A DNA stretch of 64,000 bases from Alphaproteobacteria bacterium (GCA_017511715.1 JAFWJF010000002.1:135781-199780); one strand, 5' to 3'. Numbered from the stretch's first letter, positions 39,806 to 50,180 are shown. Notes: generated from the letters alone by a model not told the origin. Made by a program: numbers and translations.

Positions 39806-40588
39806 ATGAAAAGACTATTGACCTTCTTGGTTGTTCTTGTTTGTACTGTGGTTGCTGAATCACAGGCGGCTGTTAATATTAAAAAAGCAGCACCTGTGGC
39901 GGCCAAAAAAGCCGATGCCACAGAATCTGCAACCAGTTTATTGCCCGCTGTTATCGGGTTGGTCGGAAATGTAAAAAATTTACAGGCACAGCAACAACAG
40001 TTAACTGCAGATTGTGCGCCGACATCTGATGAAATAAGAACAGTTAATGATTTAGTTAAAGAATGGGCAAAGATAAGCGAAACGAATTCTTTTGATGCGG
40101 CCAGTGGTTTGGGCGACAGGTCTTGTGATGGCAGTTATCAGACATTTTTAGACCTTTATGATGAAGCGTGTTATGAAACTTTTAGCAGTAGCGCTGACAA
40201 AGGAACGGTTTGGGAAAACTTCCCGAAAGTGAGTTCGGGTAAAAAATGTAAAGATGATGCCGGTAAAAAATGTGAAACAGTATCCAATATCTATGATATT
40301 TTTGTAAAGATTCCATTCACTGATGAAGATTATACAAAAGCAGAGGCAAGAAAGATTGCAGAGCTGAAAGAAAAAGCGCAACGTTGTGCGCCTGCGAAAG
40401 TTGCAGCGGCAAAACGTGAACTTTATGGTGGGTTTGTAACACAAGCGTTAAGCAGTATAGGACAAACAACCGGAACAGCAGGAACGTCTTCCGTTTTAGA
40501 AACGGTGTCTTCAATGGGTGGGTCTGGCGATGTTAAATCAATGTTACCGTCATTGGGGTCGATGGCAACACAACTGTTTGACAAGTAA
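39806..40588 (+). CDS. secreted hypothetical protein (Cys-containing)
   Basis: Signal peptide MKRLLTFLVVLVCTVVAESQA. 8 Cys. Terminator hairpin at 40605..40632. Confidence 0.5.
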   Translation: MKRLLTFLVVLVCTVVAESQAAVNIKKAAPVAAKKADATESATSLLPAVIGLVGNVKNLQAQQQQLTADCAPTSDEIRTVNDLVKEWAKISETNSFDAASGLGDRSCDGSYQTFLDLYDEACYETFSSSADKGTVWENFPKVSSGKKCKDDAGKKCETVSNIYDIFVKIPFTDEDYTKAEARKIAELKEKAQRCAPAKVAAAKRELYGGFVTQALSSIGQTTGTAGTSSVLETVSSMGGSGDVKSMLPSLGSMATQLFDK

Positions 40589-40693
40589 TAAAATTTTTTG
40601 TTGAAAAGCACATTTTGTGTGCTTTTTCTCTTTACTCAATCTTGGAAAAAAGGTATAATTAGTCTGATATATGGAAAAGGAAAGGATTTTACG

Positions 40694-42109
40694 ATGAAAA
40701 ACAAATATTATGTTTCTATGCTGTCTTTGCTTGCAACAGTTGTTGTTGCTGGGTGTGCTGGAACTGATACGCGGGATACAGAATACGAAATGCCGGCGGT
40801 AGAATATGTGGAAAATCTGAATGTTAATGCCGCCCCGCACAAAGATTCTTTCCTTAATCAATTGGCGATGAATTATCGTTCGTATGCGATTTATAATGCC
40901 AGAACCAGTGATTATCCCGATATCGCAGAATTGTTCGCTAATAAGGCTATCGGGGCTTTTTCTGGTGAAACACCTTTCCCTGAATCTTTGGATAATTGGA
41001 AAATCGGGGATGATAGTGAAAGATTTGAAATCTATACAGGTTATAACAATTTAATCAATGAATTAAGGGGTGATGCCGCACAGACACAACCACAACTTGC
41101 CGCAGAAGCACAAGCAAAATTTGATTGTTGGATATCGGCTGCTGCCAGTGGTCAAAATGCCACTGCGAAAGAGTGCAGGGCGCGTTTCTTGGCAACAATG
41201 CAAATGTTGAAAGATTGTGCAGAAGGTAAAGTTGTTGCGCCAACATACGTAAAATCTACAAATCTGATACCAAAGGTCGCAGAAGAAAAGTATTATCCTG
41301 AAACCCGCAGATTAAATGCGATGGCAGGTTCATCGCGTTCCCGCGAAGGTGTTGTTATTGTTAATAATGTAAATATTCCTGGCAATTTGGTTCAGCCTGT
41401 ACCTGTGACGCTTAATGTGCCACAACAAGCACAACCTGCGATGGTGTTTAATCAAAACATCTATGGCGGTGATGAAAATTCAACGACAGGAGATGATGTC
41501 GTAAATGCAACAGGTGGCGCAGAAGGTGATTATGTATCACGTGACGAATTTGTGGATATGATGATGGCAATGCGTGCAGAATTAGCAGCAATAAATGCAC
41601 GTTTAGATGGCGTTGGGAAAGAAGCAGACAAGACCGTTATCAAAGTTCAACAGATTCCGCTTGAACCAAAGCAACATGTTATGGAAGAAATCTTTGAAGT
41701 ACACTTTGATTTCGACAAATCAAAAATTAAGCCTGAATACGAAGATTTAATCAGAAAGTTGGTGGCAACAACTCGGGCTAATAAAAATGTAAAGGTTTCT
41801 GTGGTGGGGCATACAGATACCGCTGGTTCGAGTGCGTATAACTATGCGTTGGGTGGTCGTCGTGCCGAAGCGGTGCAGAGAATGTTGATTGAATACGGCA
41901 TACCTTCGTCTCAAATTATAGCAGTTTCTGCAGGGGAAGAAGATTTGAAGGTAAAAACACCTGATAATACACCTAATGCGGAAAATCGTCGTGTTCGTGT
42001 TGTCAAAGAAGTTCAATATACAGAACCAGCCAAACCTGCGCCAATCGTTGTCGAAGAATACAGCAGTGTCGATGATTGTGAAGATTGTTTGGAAATGGGG
42101 ATGTTATAA
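40694..42109 (+). CDS. OmpA-family lipoprotein (peptidoglycan-binding OmpA/MotB C-terminal domain)
   Basis: Lipobox VVAGCAG. C-terminal FDFDKSKIKPEYEDLIRKLV...VSVVGHTDTAGSSAYNYALGGRRAEAV matches the OmpA_C domain. ORF-track start 40598 rejected. Confidence 0.7.
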   Translation: MKNKYYVSMLSLLATVVVAGCAGTDTRDTEYEMPAVEYVENLNVNAAPHKDSFLNQLAMNYRSYAIYNARTSDYPDIAELFANKAIGAFSGETPFPESLDNWKIGDDSERFEIYTGYNNLINELRGDAAQTQPQLAAEAQAKFDCWISAAASGQNATAKECRARFLATMQMLKDCAEGKVVAPTYVKSTNLIPKVAEEKYYPETRRLNAMAGSSRSREGVVIVNNVNIPGNLVQPVPVTLNVPQQAQPAMVFNQNIYGGDENSTTGDDVVNATGGAEGDYVSRDEFVDMMMAMRAELAAINARLDGVGKEADKTVIKVQQIPLEPKQHVMEEIFEVHFDFDKSKIKPEYEDLIRKLVATTRANKNVKVSVVGHTDTAGSSAYNYALGGRRAEAVQRMLIEYGIPSSQIIAVSAGEEDLKVKTPDNTPNAENRRVRVVKEVQYTEPAKPAPIVVEEYSSVDDCEDCLEMGML

Positions 42110-42200
42110 TATATTGACAAAAAACAACTTGACAAAAAATAATTTTTGGTGTATATTAGCTCTAATTGATAGAGAGATGAAAGCGTAAAAGGTATAGTAG

Positions 42201-42350
42201 ATGGCGAAACAGGACTCTTTTAAGAAAGCAACGGGAACCGCAAAAACTGCGGGGTTCAAAGGTGCTGTGAAGAAATTAAATGTTGTTAATTTTGCAGCAG
42301 AATTTGAAAAACGCGATATTGTTATCGGTAAATCTGAACTGGAAAAATAA
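42201..42350 (+). CDS. small ORF (49 aa) in the rho leader region
   Basis: MAKQDSFKKATGTAKTAGFKGAVKKLNVVNFAAEFEKRDIVIGKSELEK. AAAAGGT RBS. Below the ORF-track size cut-off. Speculative. Confidence 0.25.
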   Translation: MAKQDSFKKATGTAKTAGFKGAVKKLNVVNFAAEFEKRDIVIGKSELEK

Positions 42351-42490
42351 TTCTGTTTGGTGTATCGGGGCGTGATGTTTGTTATTGCTCTCGATTTGCT
42401 TTTCTTGACTTTTGTTTTGATTTCTACTATAATTAAAATTACAGAAGTGACGGAATTCTTCGTTCACAATTTCCACAAAAAGGCTTTTTT

Positions 42491-43759
42491 ATGCATGTAA
42501 ATGAATTAAAGACAAAGTCGCCTCAACAATTGTTGAAGATGGCTGAAGATATGGGGATTGAAAATCCTGCGCAATTAAATGTTCAACAATTGCGTTTTGC
42601 TGTTATGCGGGTGTATGCTGCTGATAAATCGATTGTTTTGATTGGTGATGGAGTTTTAGAACGCATGCCAGATGGCTTTGGTTTTTTGCGCGCACCGGAA
42701 AGTAATTATTTGGCGGGGCCAGACGATTTGTATGTTTCGCCAAATTTGATAAAAAAATATGGACTTAAGACTGGCGATTATGTCGAAGGTCAAATTCAAG
42801 CCCCACAAAATGAATCTGAACGATATTTTGCCTTGGAAACGATAGAACGGGTAAATGGTGATGATCCTGAAAAATTGCGTCATCGTATTTCATTTGATGA
42901 TATGACACCGTTATATCCTGATGAAAAATTACAAATGGAAGTTGTTAATGATACGGACAAAGGTCGCAATTTATCTGCGCGCGTTATTGATTTGATTTCC
43001 CCAACGGGAAAGGGACAACGTTCGCTTATTGTCGCGCCACCAAGAACAGGTAAGACGGTTATGTTGCAAAATATCGCTCATTCAATTGCAACAAATTATC
43101 CTGATGTTAAACTGATTGTGCTTTTGATTGACGAACGTCCAGAAGAAGTGACAGATATGCAACGCAGCGTTCGTGGCGAAGTTATTTCTTCGACTTTTGA
43201 TGAACCGGCGGCGCGTCATATTCAAGTTGCAGAAATGGTTATTGAAAAAGCAAAACGTTTGGTCGAAGCAGGTCAAGATGTTGTTATTTTACTTGATTCT
43301 ATCACAAGATTGGGGCGCGCATATAATACTGTTGTTCCATCCAGTGGAAAGGTTTTGACTGGCGGTGTTGATGCGTATGCGCTGCAGCGTCCAAAACGTT
43401 TCTTTGGTGCCGCGCGTAATATTGAAGGTGGCGGTTCTTTGACGATTATTGCGACCGCGTTGATTGATACTGGTTCCAAGATGGACGAAGTCGTTTTTGA
43501 GGAATTTAAGGGAACAGGAAACAGCGAAATTATTTTGGACAGAAAATTGTCTGATAAGCGTGTTTATCCTGCGATTGATATTACAAAATCAGGAACGCGT
43601 AAAGAAGATTTGTTGGTTTCCAAAGATGTCTTGTCCAAAATGTATGTTTTGCGTCGCATAATAAACCCAATGGGAACATTAGAGGCGATGGAATTTTTGT
43701 TGGATAAATTGCGATTAACAAAAACCAATGAAGATTTCTTTAATTCTATGAATCAATAA
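42491..43759 (+). CDS. rho: transcription termination factor Rho
   Basis: [26 protein letters not shown]..., RNA-binding OB domain, Walker [18 protein letters not shown], and the C-terminal R-loop/Q-loop regions. Confidence 0.95.
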   Translation: MHVNELKTKSPQQLLKMAEDMGIENPAQLNVQQLRFAVMRVYAADKSIVLIGDGVLERMPDGFGFLRAPESNYLAGPDDLYVSPNLIKKYGLKTGDYVEGQIQAPQNESERYFALETIERVNGDDPEKLRHRISFDDMTPLYPDEKLQMEVVNDTDKGRNLSARVIDLISPTGKGQRSLIVAPPRTGKTVMLQNIAHSIATNYPDVKLIVLLIDERPEEVTDMQRSVRGEVISSTFDEPAARHIQVAEMVIEKAKRLVEAGQDVVILLDSITRLGRAYNTVVPSSGKVLTGGVDAYALQRPKRFFGAARNIEGGGSLTIIATALIDTGSKMDEVVFEEFKGTGNSEIILDRKLSDKRVYPAIDITKSGTRKEDLLVSKDVLSKMYVLRRIINPMGTLEAMEFLLDKLRLTKTNEDFFNSMNQ

Positions 43760-43763
43760 AAAT

Positions 43764-43792
43764 AAAACCGCCGATTAAGGCGGTTTTTGTTT
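43764..43792 (+). terminator. rho-independent terminator
   Basis: AAAACCGCCgattaaGGCGGTTTTTGTTT. Confidence 0.7.
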
Positions 43793-44138
43793 AGGGGGCA
43801 AAACAATGATAAGAATATATTTAATTATTTTGGTATGTGCGCTTTTTGCTGGCGCATATTTTTATGGCGAAAATCGTGGCGTATCAAAATGCCAAATAAA
43901 AAATCTGGAAAGTCAAATTGAAAAAACAGAACAAATTCAACAAAACAAAAGGAATCTGGATGATAAAGTTTATAAGACTGGGGTGCGTGATATTCGTGAC
44001 ATCTTGCGCGCTAAATACACAATCGCACAATAGTATGCAATGCGATTGTGATGTGATATATGGTCGTGAATCTGATTGGGAAAATATAAGCGATGATTTG
44101 GCGCGGAACATTTACAGGCATAATCTTAAATGCGAAAA

Positions 44139-44978
44139 TTAAGCAAAAGTTTTTGCGACCTTTTCAATTAATTCCCGGACGATATCGGCAGATTGCATAT
44201 CGCCATTTGGCGCATATTCAACAAACTCAAAATTTATTGCGTCACTAAACTCTTGGATAAAAGCGCGTGCAAATTCAACTGATAGCCCGTTTTGTTCCGG
44301 CACCCATACATCGCGGAAGTATTTCGGATCGATTCCATCAAAATCAAAAGATACAATAAATTTTTTTGTGCCGATGCGATTGCGAACTTCGTTAAATGCT
44401 TTGTCCCAATCGGCTTTTGTTTCAAGTTGTGCAGGTGTGCGGAAAAAGATATTGTTATCTTTGACATATTTCATTTCTGATGGTTCGCAAGAACGCGTGC
44501 CGAAAAAGAATATATTCTCAGGTTTTAACGCAGGTTTTTTGTGTTGTAATGACAGCCAACGCGAATCGCCTTCGCCCAAAAGATGTCGAACATTTGTTCC
44601 GTGTGGCGCGCCAGATGCTTCCCTTATAGATGATTCAGGGGTATGAATATCAAGGTGCGCATCAAAATAAACCAAACATAAATCTTCGTTTGGGTATTGG
44701 TCTGCAATACATGCAAAATGAGAAAAATTCACACTGTGGTCTCCACCAACAAAAATGTGTTTTTCGTGTGGGGTGTTATTATAAATTTTTTTATGAATAT
44801 TAAAAGCGTCACCAAATCTGTCGGTGATTGAATCAGGGTTAACATTATCTGGTGTGATAATTGTCCATGTTGCGTTTGGAAACATTTGTTGAATTGCGCG
44901 TGGTGCCAATGCCGGACCGCCGTTCAAAACCTTCGCGGTTGCGCCGCGACTGTATTCTATACCAAGGAATTTAATCAT
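44139..44978 (-). CDS. arginase-family hydrolase (agmatinase/formiminoglutamase-like)
   Basis: Ureohydrolase motifs FVGGDHS, VYFDAHLDIHTP and SFDFDGIDP. Confidence 0.75.
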   Translation of the reverse strand: MIKFLGIEYSRGATAKVLNGGPALAPRAIQQMFPNATWTIITPDNVNPDSITDRFGDAFNIHKKIYNNTPHEKHIFVGGDHSVNFSHFACIADQYPNEDLCLVYFDAHLDIHTPESSIREASGAPHGTNVRHLLGEGDSRWLSLQHKKPALKPENIFFFGTRSCEPSEMKYVKDNNIFFRTPAQLETKADWDKAFNEVRNRIGTKKFIVSFDFDGIDPKYFRDVWVPEQNGLSVEFARAFIQEFSDAINFEFVEYAPNGDMQSADIVRELIEKVAKTFA

Positions 44979-45876
44979 TATAACTCTCTATTACACTTTC
45001 TGCTGCATCTTGTATTTTTTGCAGACTTTTTTCGTAAGTTTCGCAATCGCGCGCAATCTCAGATTTATATGCATCGCGTAGATTTGATGCCATATAATAA
45101 CATGCACGCAGGTGCTGTGAACAATATTGATGACCGGTATTAAAGGCGTTTTGTCCGCGAACACGGCTTTCTGTATTTGCCCATTCGATATTTAGTGCAT
45201 TATCAATGTTTACCCATGGGTTATCGCCAGTTTGTACACCAACGGTTTGGTCCCAGTATTCTTTTATTTCTTCACTGGTTGCAGAAGATGAGTATTTCAA
45301 TCGAACAATCTTTTCGATTAATTCTTCTATTTTGTTTTTATACTTGGCATCAATTTGCGCCAGTTTTGCACTGCAATAGCAACGATTATAGGCGGTGTCT
45401 TCGCGTTTGCAATAATCTTCCATGCATTCTTTGTAATCTGCCATACACCGTTGGGAAGACGGACGTTCTGTTGCTGTGTAATAATTATTTGTTGTGGTGC
45501 GTGCCGTATTGACATTTCTGACACGTACAGGTGCAGTTGCTGCACGATAATTTATATTTGTGCCCGGTGTAAAAGGATTTGCCGCACGTGCTTTTGTATT
45601 TGTTCGTTGGACAACACGGCGTGGTTGTTGGGTCTGTGTATTTGGTGTTGTTTGTACCATTACGCCTGAACGAGGAACGACGGCGCGTCTGGCACTTGCT
45701 GTTGTGGCAGATATGTTCTTGGCGTTCGTATTCGTTTTAGTATTGTTTAACACATATGGATAAACATCATTGTGTGAAGTAATGGTGTTAAACTTTTTAG
45801 GAACATAACTATCAACAGCTGTTGCGCTTGTAGCAACCAAGACAGAAACCACGAAAAAGAAAAATCCTTTCTTCAT
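44971..45876 (-). CDS. Cys-rich secreted protein, CMDxFC-signature family, paralog 4
   Basis: Signal peptide MKKGFFFFVVSVLVATSATA, T/N/R-rich linker, then CMADYKECMEDYCKREDTAYNRCYCSA. Start 45876 chosen over 45957, which would overlap the upstream gene. Confidence 0.6.
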   Translation of the reverse strand: MKKGFFFFVVSVLVATSATAVDSYVPKKFNTITSHNDVYPYVLNNTKTNTNAKNISATTASARRAVVPRSGVMVQTTPNTQTQQPRRVVQRTNTKARAANPFTPGTNINYRAATAPVRVRNVNTARTTTNNYYTATERPSSQRCMADYKECMEDYCKREDTAYNRCYCSAKLAQIDAKYKNKIEELIEKIVRLKYSSSATSEEIKEYWDQTVGVQTGDNPWVNIDNALNIEWANTESRVRGQNAFNTGHQYCSQHLRACYYMASNLRDAYKSEIARDCETYEKSLQKIQDAAESVIESYND

Positions 45877-45920
45877 ATTTTGTATTCTAGTGTTTTTGAT
45901 ATAAATAAACAAGCACATTT

Positions 45921-46961
45921 TTATCTGTATAATGGTTCGGTTGGTCGAACATGGCAACCGTTTTTGCGTTTAAGTTCAATCGCGTTTTTATATCCGCGAC
46001 TGACAGCGCCTTTATAGCGTTGCTGTGCTACTTTTTGTAAAAAGGCATCACGTTCGTTTAACCAATCATTATGTATGTCGCCTTGATAATTATTTACAGC
46101 CCGTATCATTTCAGAATCGACAGATGATGTTTTCTTAGGAAGCCCTAGAAAAGTTCTAAATTGTTGTAATGCCGTGCCAGGACCACTGGCCATGCCGGCC
46201 AAGAATACATCTGTGGCAATAACGTCAGGTAAACGTTCGAAACCATAGGGTTTCCAGTATTTTTCATAATAGACAGTTTCTGCCTCTGCGCGTGAATTTA
46301 CCCGAACGCCTGCACATTGTTTTCCAGAACCGATGCCATAACAAGTATAACCGCAACGGTCGTTTTTTATTGTTCCACATGCGCCTTCTTTTCTGAATAT
46401 AGTAATCAAGCCTTTTTCCAGGGCAGGGTGTATTTTTTCATATTTTCCCGTGGTCAAAATTGTGTTTGTAAAATTATTGTCGCGTGCTGCAGGATAGCAC
46501 GAACCGCCGACTATAAAATTATTTTCAATCACATCGCCACCACCAATCGTTCTTCCAGAAAAGTGTGATGGTTGCTGTTGACCGGTTTGTGTTGGCGAAG
46601 GGAGTGTCGGGCCTGGTGTGGTTTGTGTGCCGGCTTGTGTGGTATGGCATATTTTTGTATCGTCAGGATATTTTGCACAGTAGGTATCGTGTGGCAGGTT
46701 TTGCCTGTCGCTTTCTTGTTGTTTCTGTTCTTGGTCCATTTGGTCAATGATACGGTCAGTGTAAACTTCTTCGCCTGGGACGATATTTAATTCTTGATAT
46801 GCCTTTTTATCAAGCAATGGTTTGTATCCTTCGCGTGCAATATCAATGCGTGCTTTGAAAGACATATCTTGAAAAGTTCCCGGAAACGATGCCACAGACA
46901 ATTTTCCCTGTGCGGGGCTGCACAGGACAAATAAACAAGCAAGATAAAAAATCTTTTTCAT
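45921..46961 (-). CDS. secreted GH108-family muramidase-like protein with peptidoglycan-binding C-terminal domain
   Basis: Signal peptide. FRKEGACGTIKNDRCGYTCYGI aligns to the GH108 catalytic block (L.HEGGYVNDP.DPGG.T.YGI). ...YYEKYWKPYGFERLPDVIATDVFLAGMASGPGTALQQFRTFLGL matches the PG_binding_3 region. Confidence 0.55.
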   Translation of the reverse strand: MKKIFYLACLFVLCSPAQGKLSVASFPGTFQDMSFKARIDIAREGYKPLLDKKAYQELNIVPGEEVYTDRIIDQMDQEQKQQESDRQNLPHDTYCAKYPDDTKICHTTQAGTQTTPGPTLPSPTQTGQQQPSHFSGRTIGGGDVIENNFIVGGSCYPAARDNNFTNTILTTGKYEKIHPALEKGLITIFRKEGACGTIKNDRCGYTCYGIGSGKQCAGVRVNSRAEAETVYYEKYWKPYGFERLPDVIATDVFLAGMASGPGTALQQFRTFLGLPKKTSSVDSEMIRAVNNYQGDIHNDWLNERDAFLQKVAQQRYKGAVSRGYKNAIELKRKNGCHVRPTEPLYR

Positions 46962-47055
46962 TATCGTTTCTTATTTTATCATGAAAAGTGTGAAAAAATA
47001 ATGTTTTTTGTGTCGATTGTGTTGAAAATATTTTTCTTTATATGAATAAAACCCT

Positions 47056-47085
47056 TTGACAAACACGTGTTTTGTGTTATCCTGT
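47056..47085 (+). promoter_or_regulatory. candidate sigma70 promoter (TTGACA -35 with downstream TATCCT-like -10)
   Basis: TTGACAaacacgtgttttgtgtTATCCT upstream of ORF 47122. Confidence 0.35.
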
Positions 47086-47121
47086 GGCTCTGATGCGTAA
47101 AGAACAAAATAAGAGGGCAGC

Positions 47122-47511
47122 ATGAACGGTTATATTGGTTGTTCCAAGAAAGATATTGAATATTTGATTGAAACTGTAAATGCGCCGGGCATTTTGGTAA
47201 AACGGCGTTCGTTGCCAAAGAAAAAATCAGGTGTTCGTTATAGTTTTCTGGATGGGGGAAAAGATTTGTTCTCTTTGACATGTGTGCGTTTGTCAGACAG
47301 AGATTCTATGGAAATATCTATAAGCAGTGGGGCAGATGTTTCTGATGCTTTGCGAGAGGGCGATGATGCTTATCGAAAGGCGTGTGTTCTTTATCAGTTG
47401 GCAGAAAAAATGTATGAAGCACAGCGTGGAACATCAATAAAGTCGCAGAAAGAATCTGTTCAATTACAGCAAATAAAAATTTTTTGTGAAATATTTTCTC
47501 ATATCAAATAA
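47122..47511 (+). CDS. hypothetical cytoplasmic protein
   Basis: 129-aa ORF with an AGAGGG RBS, followed by a strong bidirectional terminator. Confidence 0.4.
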   Translation: MNGYIGCSKKDIEYLIETVNAPGILVKRRSLPKKKSGVRYSFLDGGKDLFSLTCVRLSDRDSMEISISSGADVSDALREGDDAYRKACVLYQLAEKMYEAQRGTSIKSQKESVQLQQIKIFCEIFSHIK

Positions 47512-47547
47512 AAAAACACCGCATAAAATTATGCGGTGTTTTTTTAG
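47512..47547. terminator. bidirectional rho-independent terminator
   Basis: AAAAAAACACCGCATaaaattATGCGGTGTTTTTTT. Confidence 0.7.
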
Positions 47548-47556
47548 GGAGTATTA

Positions 47557-47826
47557 TTATCTGCTTTTTTCGTTTTGTTTTTTTCGTGACCAAATGCCTG
47601 CTGCGCCAGCAGCTAATACCGCGGAACCCAACCATAAAGCTTTGAGTGGGTTTTTGTTTGTGATAACATTTTTTTCGTACCCAAGGTTTTGATTTTCGGC
47701 TGTCGCAGCATCGTTGTAATCCATTGTGCCTGCTGCACCTAACATCAACAAGAAGCCAGTAACGGCAAGTGTTGTATAAACAGCATTAAGTACATCAAAA
47801 GACTTTTTTTTGTTTGTGTTTTCCAT
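47557..47826 (-). CDS. small membrane protein (two TM helices)
   Basis: 89 aa with two hydrophobic segments and a basic C-terminus. Confidence 0.4.
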   Translation of the reverse strand: MENTNKKKSFDVLNAVYTTLAVTGFLLMLGAAGTMDYNDAATAENQNLGYEKNVITNKNPLKALWLGSAVLAAGAAGIWSRKKQNEKSR

Positions 47827-47951
47827 GTTAAAATCCTTTTTTATTGTTGTTTATGTATAAATATAACACAAAATATCCGTTTGTCAAGTGTTGTGGCTAA
47901 TGTTTTGTATTGGTTGACAAATGTGTTGTTTGGTGTTATTCTGCTGTGGCT

Positions 47952-48794
47952 ATGGGACAAGAACTCGTTCTTAGTTTTAAAATCACAAATTGGTGCAATT
48001 TAAGTTGCGCCCACTGTTGTGAGTGCAGCAACTCTCGAAATAAACCAAATTTTATGCCGTTGGAAAAATTAGACAAGTATTTGGCAGAATCAAGAACTTT
48101 GCCAATTATCCCAAACGAATTGGTTTGTATTACTGGAGGGGAAACTTTGGCACCGTATATGTATGAAGAACCAGACTATATACCAAACGCATTAGATTTA
48201 ATTTATTCTTATAAATATGTTCCAACAATAAAAACCAACGGTACTTGGGGTAATGACGGAAAGTTTCGACAGAAGATTTTGTCTGATATCGGGGCAAAAG
48301 CCTATAAATATGGCAAATTAATAACTCTTGATATTTCTGTGGACGAATTTCACGATAATTACAGTGGTGTTGCACGAATTATTCAAGATGTATTGTTATC
48401 GTCCAGATTAAGTTTTGCGATAAGATTTTGCTTGGTAGGTTTTAATACACCGGCTTCTTTGGTGGCATTAAATCGCGTGCAAAGCGAATTGCAAAAATCA
48501 GGTTTCGTTGTCAAAAAAACGATTGCTAATGATTGGATGATAGAGGCACCAAATGCTTCTTATGGTGTATATGTGTATAACGATTTTTCGTCAAAAATAT
48601 ATAACCTTGGTCGCGCAAAACAGACAAATGTTTACAATGATGAATATAGCCCTTATTTGATTCATGAATCAGATTGTTTCCAGATAGACAATGAAGACAA
48701 CGCGATTCTAAACTATTTTTCTCGTGAACAAATAAATAACAGACCATTAAGTGAGATTTTTCGTTCTTTGATGTGGCAACAAAGGCACAGATAA
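47952..48794 (+). CDS. radical SAM protein
   Basis: CNLSCAHCC (CxxxCxxC) near the N-terminus, GGE motif ITGGETL. Function unassigned. Confidence 0.55.
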   Translation: MGQELVLSFKITNWCNLSCAHCCECSNSRNKPNFMPLEKLDKYLAESRTLPIIPNELVCITGGETLAPYMYEEPDYIPNALDLIYSYKYVPTIKTNGTWGNDGKFRQKILSDIGAKAYKYGKLITLDISVDEFHDNYSGVARIIQDVLLSSRLSFAIRFCLVGFNTPASLVALNRVQSELQKSGFVVKKTIANDWMIEAPNASYGVYVYNDFSSKIYNLGRAKQTNVYNDEYSPYLIHESDCFQIDNEDNAILNYFSREQINNRPLSEIFRSLMWQQRHR

Positions 48795-48797
48795 TAA

Positions 48798-48868
48798 TTG
48801 AATTTCGTGGTCGTGCTGATCTAGCTTTTCTCGAGCCAAGATTGTAGAGATTGGAAGAGAGATCGTAG
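48798..48868. repeat. ~70-bp direct repeat (left copy) bounding the isochorismatase+sodC pair
   Basis: ttgaatttcgtggtcgtgctgatctagcttttctcgagccaagattgtagagattggaagagagatcg, about 85% identical to 50062..50132. Confidence 0.7.
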
Positions 48869-48880
48869 TGTTTAAGAAAT

Positions 48881-49321
48881 TTATATAATATTTTTAGTTC
48901 CGATATTTCTTTCCATGATTTTAATGGCTTTTTCATGTAATTCTTGTGTCGTGCTGAAACATAAATTTTTCAGAATAATTGGTCGAATATTATTTTCTAT
49001 CAAATCCAAGGCGGTTTTATATACGCAAGCATCTGTATCAAATCCGCAGATATATATTTCATCAAATTGTTTCATTTCTGGAATGAAAGCTGAATAACCT
49101 ATTTTGGTATATATAGTTGCGTCTGGTTTTGGGTTAAAGGCAAGATTTTCATCTTTATACCCAGGCCAATCAAGGAATCTCAGAAGTGGGGAATTGTTTT
49201 TTGTATATTTCGACACATAAACAATGTCGTAATCATATTGAATCTTTTCAATTTCTTTCGCGATTGTTGGTTTCGTTACCGCAGATTTTTGGACATCTAT
49301 GATTAGTAAAACTTTTGCCAT
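48881..49321 (-). CDS. isochorismatase-family cysteine hydrolase (nicotinamidase-like)
   Basis: MAKVLLIIDVQKS... (Asp of the triad), ...IYICGFDTDACV (catalytic Cys). Confidence 0.7.
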   Translation of the reverse strand: MAKVLLIIDVQKSAVTKPTIAKEIEKIQYDYDIVYVSKYTKNNSPLLRFLDWPGYKDENLAFNPKPDATIYTKIGYSAFIPEMKQFDEIYICGFDTDACVYKTALDLIENNIRPIILKNLCFSTTQELHEKAIKIMERNIGTKNII

Positions 49322-49480
49322 TTGGGTGCCTTTCGTTATATTAAATTATAACACAAATAATTTGAAAACCAGGTAAAAAATTGCTCGGGTACACCATATT
49401 GAAAACGTTCCTTTTGCGAAAAATATATGTTTTCTTATATTTATCATACGGACATATCTAATTGATGCAGGAGAACGCAA

Positions 49481-50005
49481 ATGAAAAAAATCTTGTTATA
49501 TTCGACATTATTATTAACAGGTTGTAACAATTATAACCCCAGTGCACATTCGGATATTTATTTGACAGGCACATCTGGCATGGGACAAAAAATAGGCGAA
49601 GTTTTCTTTACAGACACACCATCGGGGCTGTTGATAAATGTCAATTTGCATAATCTGCCGGCGGGCGAACATGGTTTCCATATTCACGAAAAACCAAATT
49701 GTGGTGCGGATGTTGATGCCCAGGGGAACCTGCAACCCGCACTCAAAGCGGGTGGTCATTATGACCCCGATAAAACTGGACATCACATGGGTCCCAATCA
49801 ACCCGGGGGACACAAAGGCGATTTGCCGGTCTTGAACGTGTCCGCGGACGGCACTGTTAACACATCTTTTACTGTTCCAAATCTGAAAGTCCAAGAAATT
49901 AAAAACCGATCAATAATGATTCATGCAGGTGGCGATAATTACAGTGATACCCCCGCTGCGCTGGGCGGTGGTGGTGCTCGTATCGCCTGTGGGGTGATTA
50001 AGTAG
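49481..50005 (+). CDS. sodC: periplasmic Cu/Zn superoxide dismutase
   Basis: Lipoprotein signal LLLTGC. GFHIHEKPNCG and GGHYDPDKTGHHMGP (Cu/Zn His ligands), GGGGARIACGVI (disulfide Cys). Confidence 0.9.
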   Translation: MKKILLYSTLLLTGCNNYNPSAHSDIYLTGTSGMGQKIGEVFFTDTPSGLLINVNLHNLPAGEHGFHIHEKPNCGADVDAQGNLQPALKAGGHYDPDKTGHHMGPNQPGGHKGDLPVLNVSADGTVNTSFTVPNLKVQEIKNRSIMIHAGGDNYSDTPAALGGGGARIACGVIK

Positions 50006-50040
50006 GCCGGACTTTCTTTGTGTTCTTGTTTTTATGAAAC

Positions 50041-50132
50041 GCAAAAAACCGACCATAAAGGTCGGTTTGAATTTTCTGGTCGTGCTGGTCTAGCAGTTCT
50101 CGAGCCGAGATTTTGAAGATTGGAAGAGAGAT
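50041..50132. repeat. terminator hairpin plus ~70-bp direct repeat (right copy)
   Basis: cgaccataaaggtcgg hairpin, then tttgaattttctggtcgtgctggtctagcagttctcgagccgagattttgaagattggaagagagatt. Confidence 0.7.
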
Positions 50133-50180
50133 TAAAAACACTTATAAATAAAAACCGTCCAGAACGGACGGTTTTCTATG

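Noticed and set aside
43806-44142. Two overlapping small ORFs (43806..44033 and 43918..44142) downstream of rho
   Set aside because: They overlap by about 115 nt in different frames, neither has a clear RBS or recognisable domain, and at most one can be real. Left unannotated.
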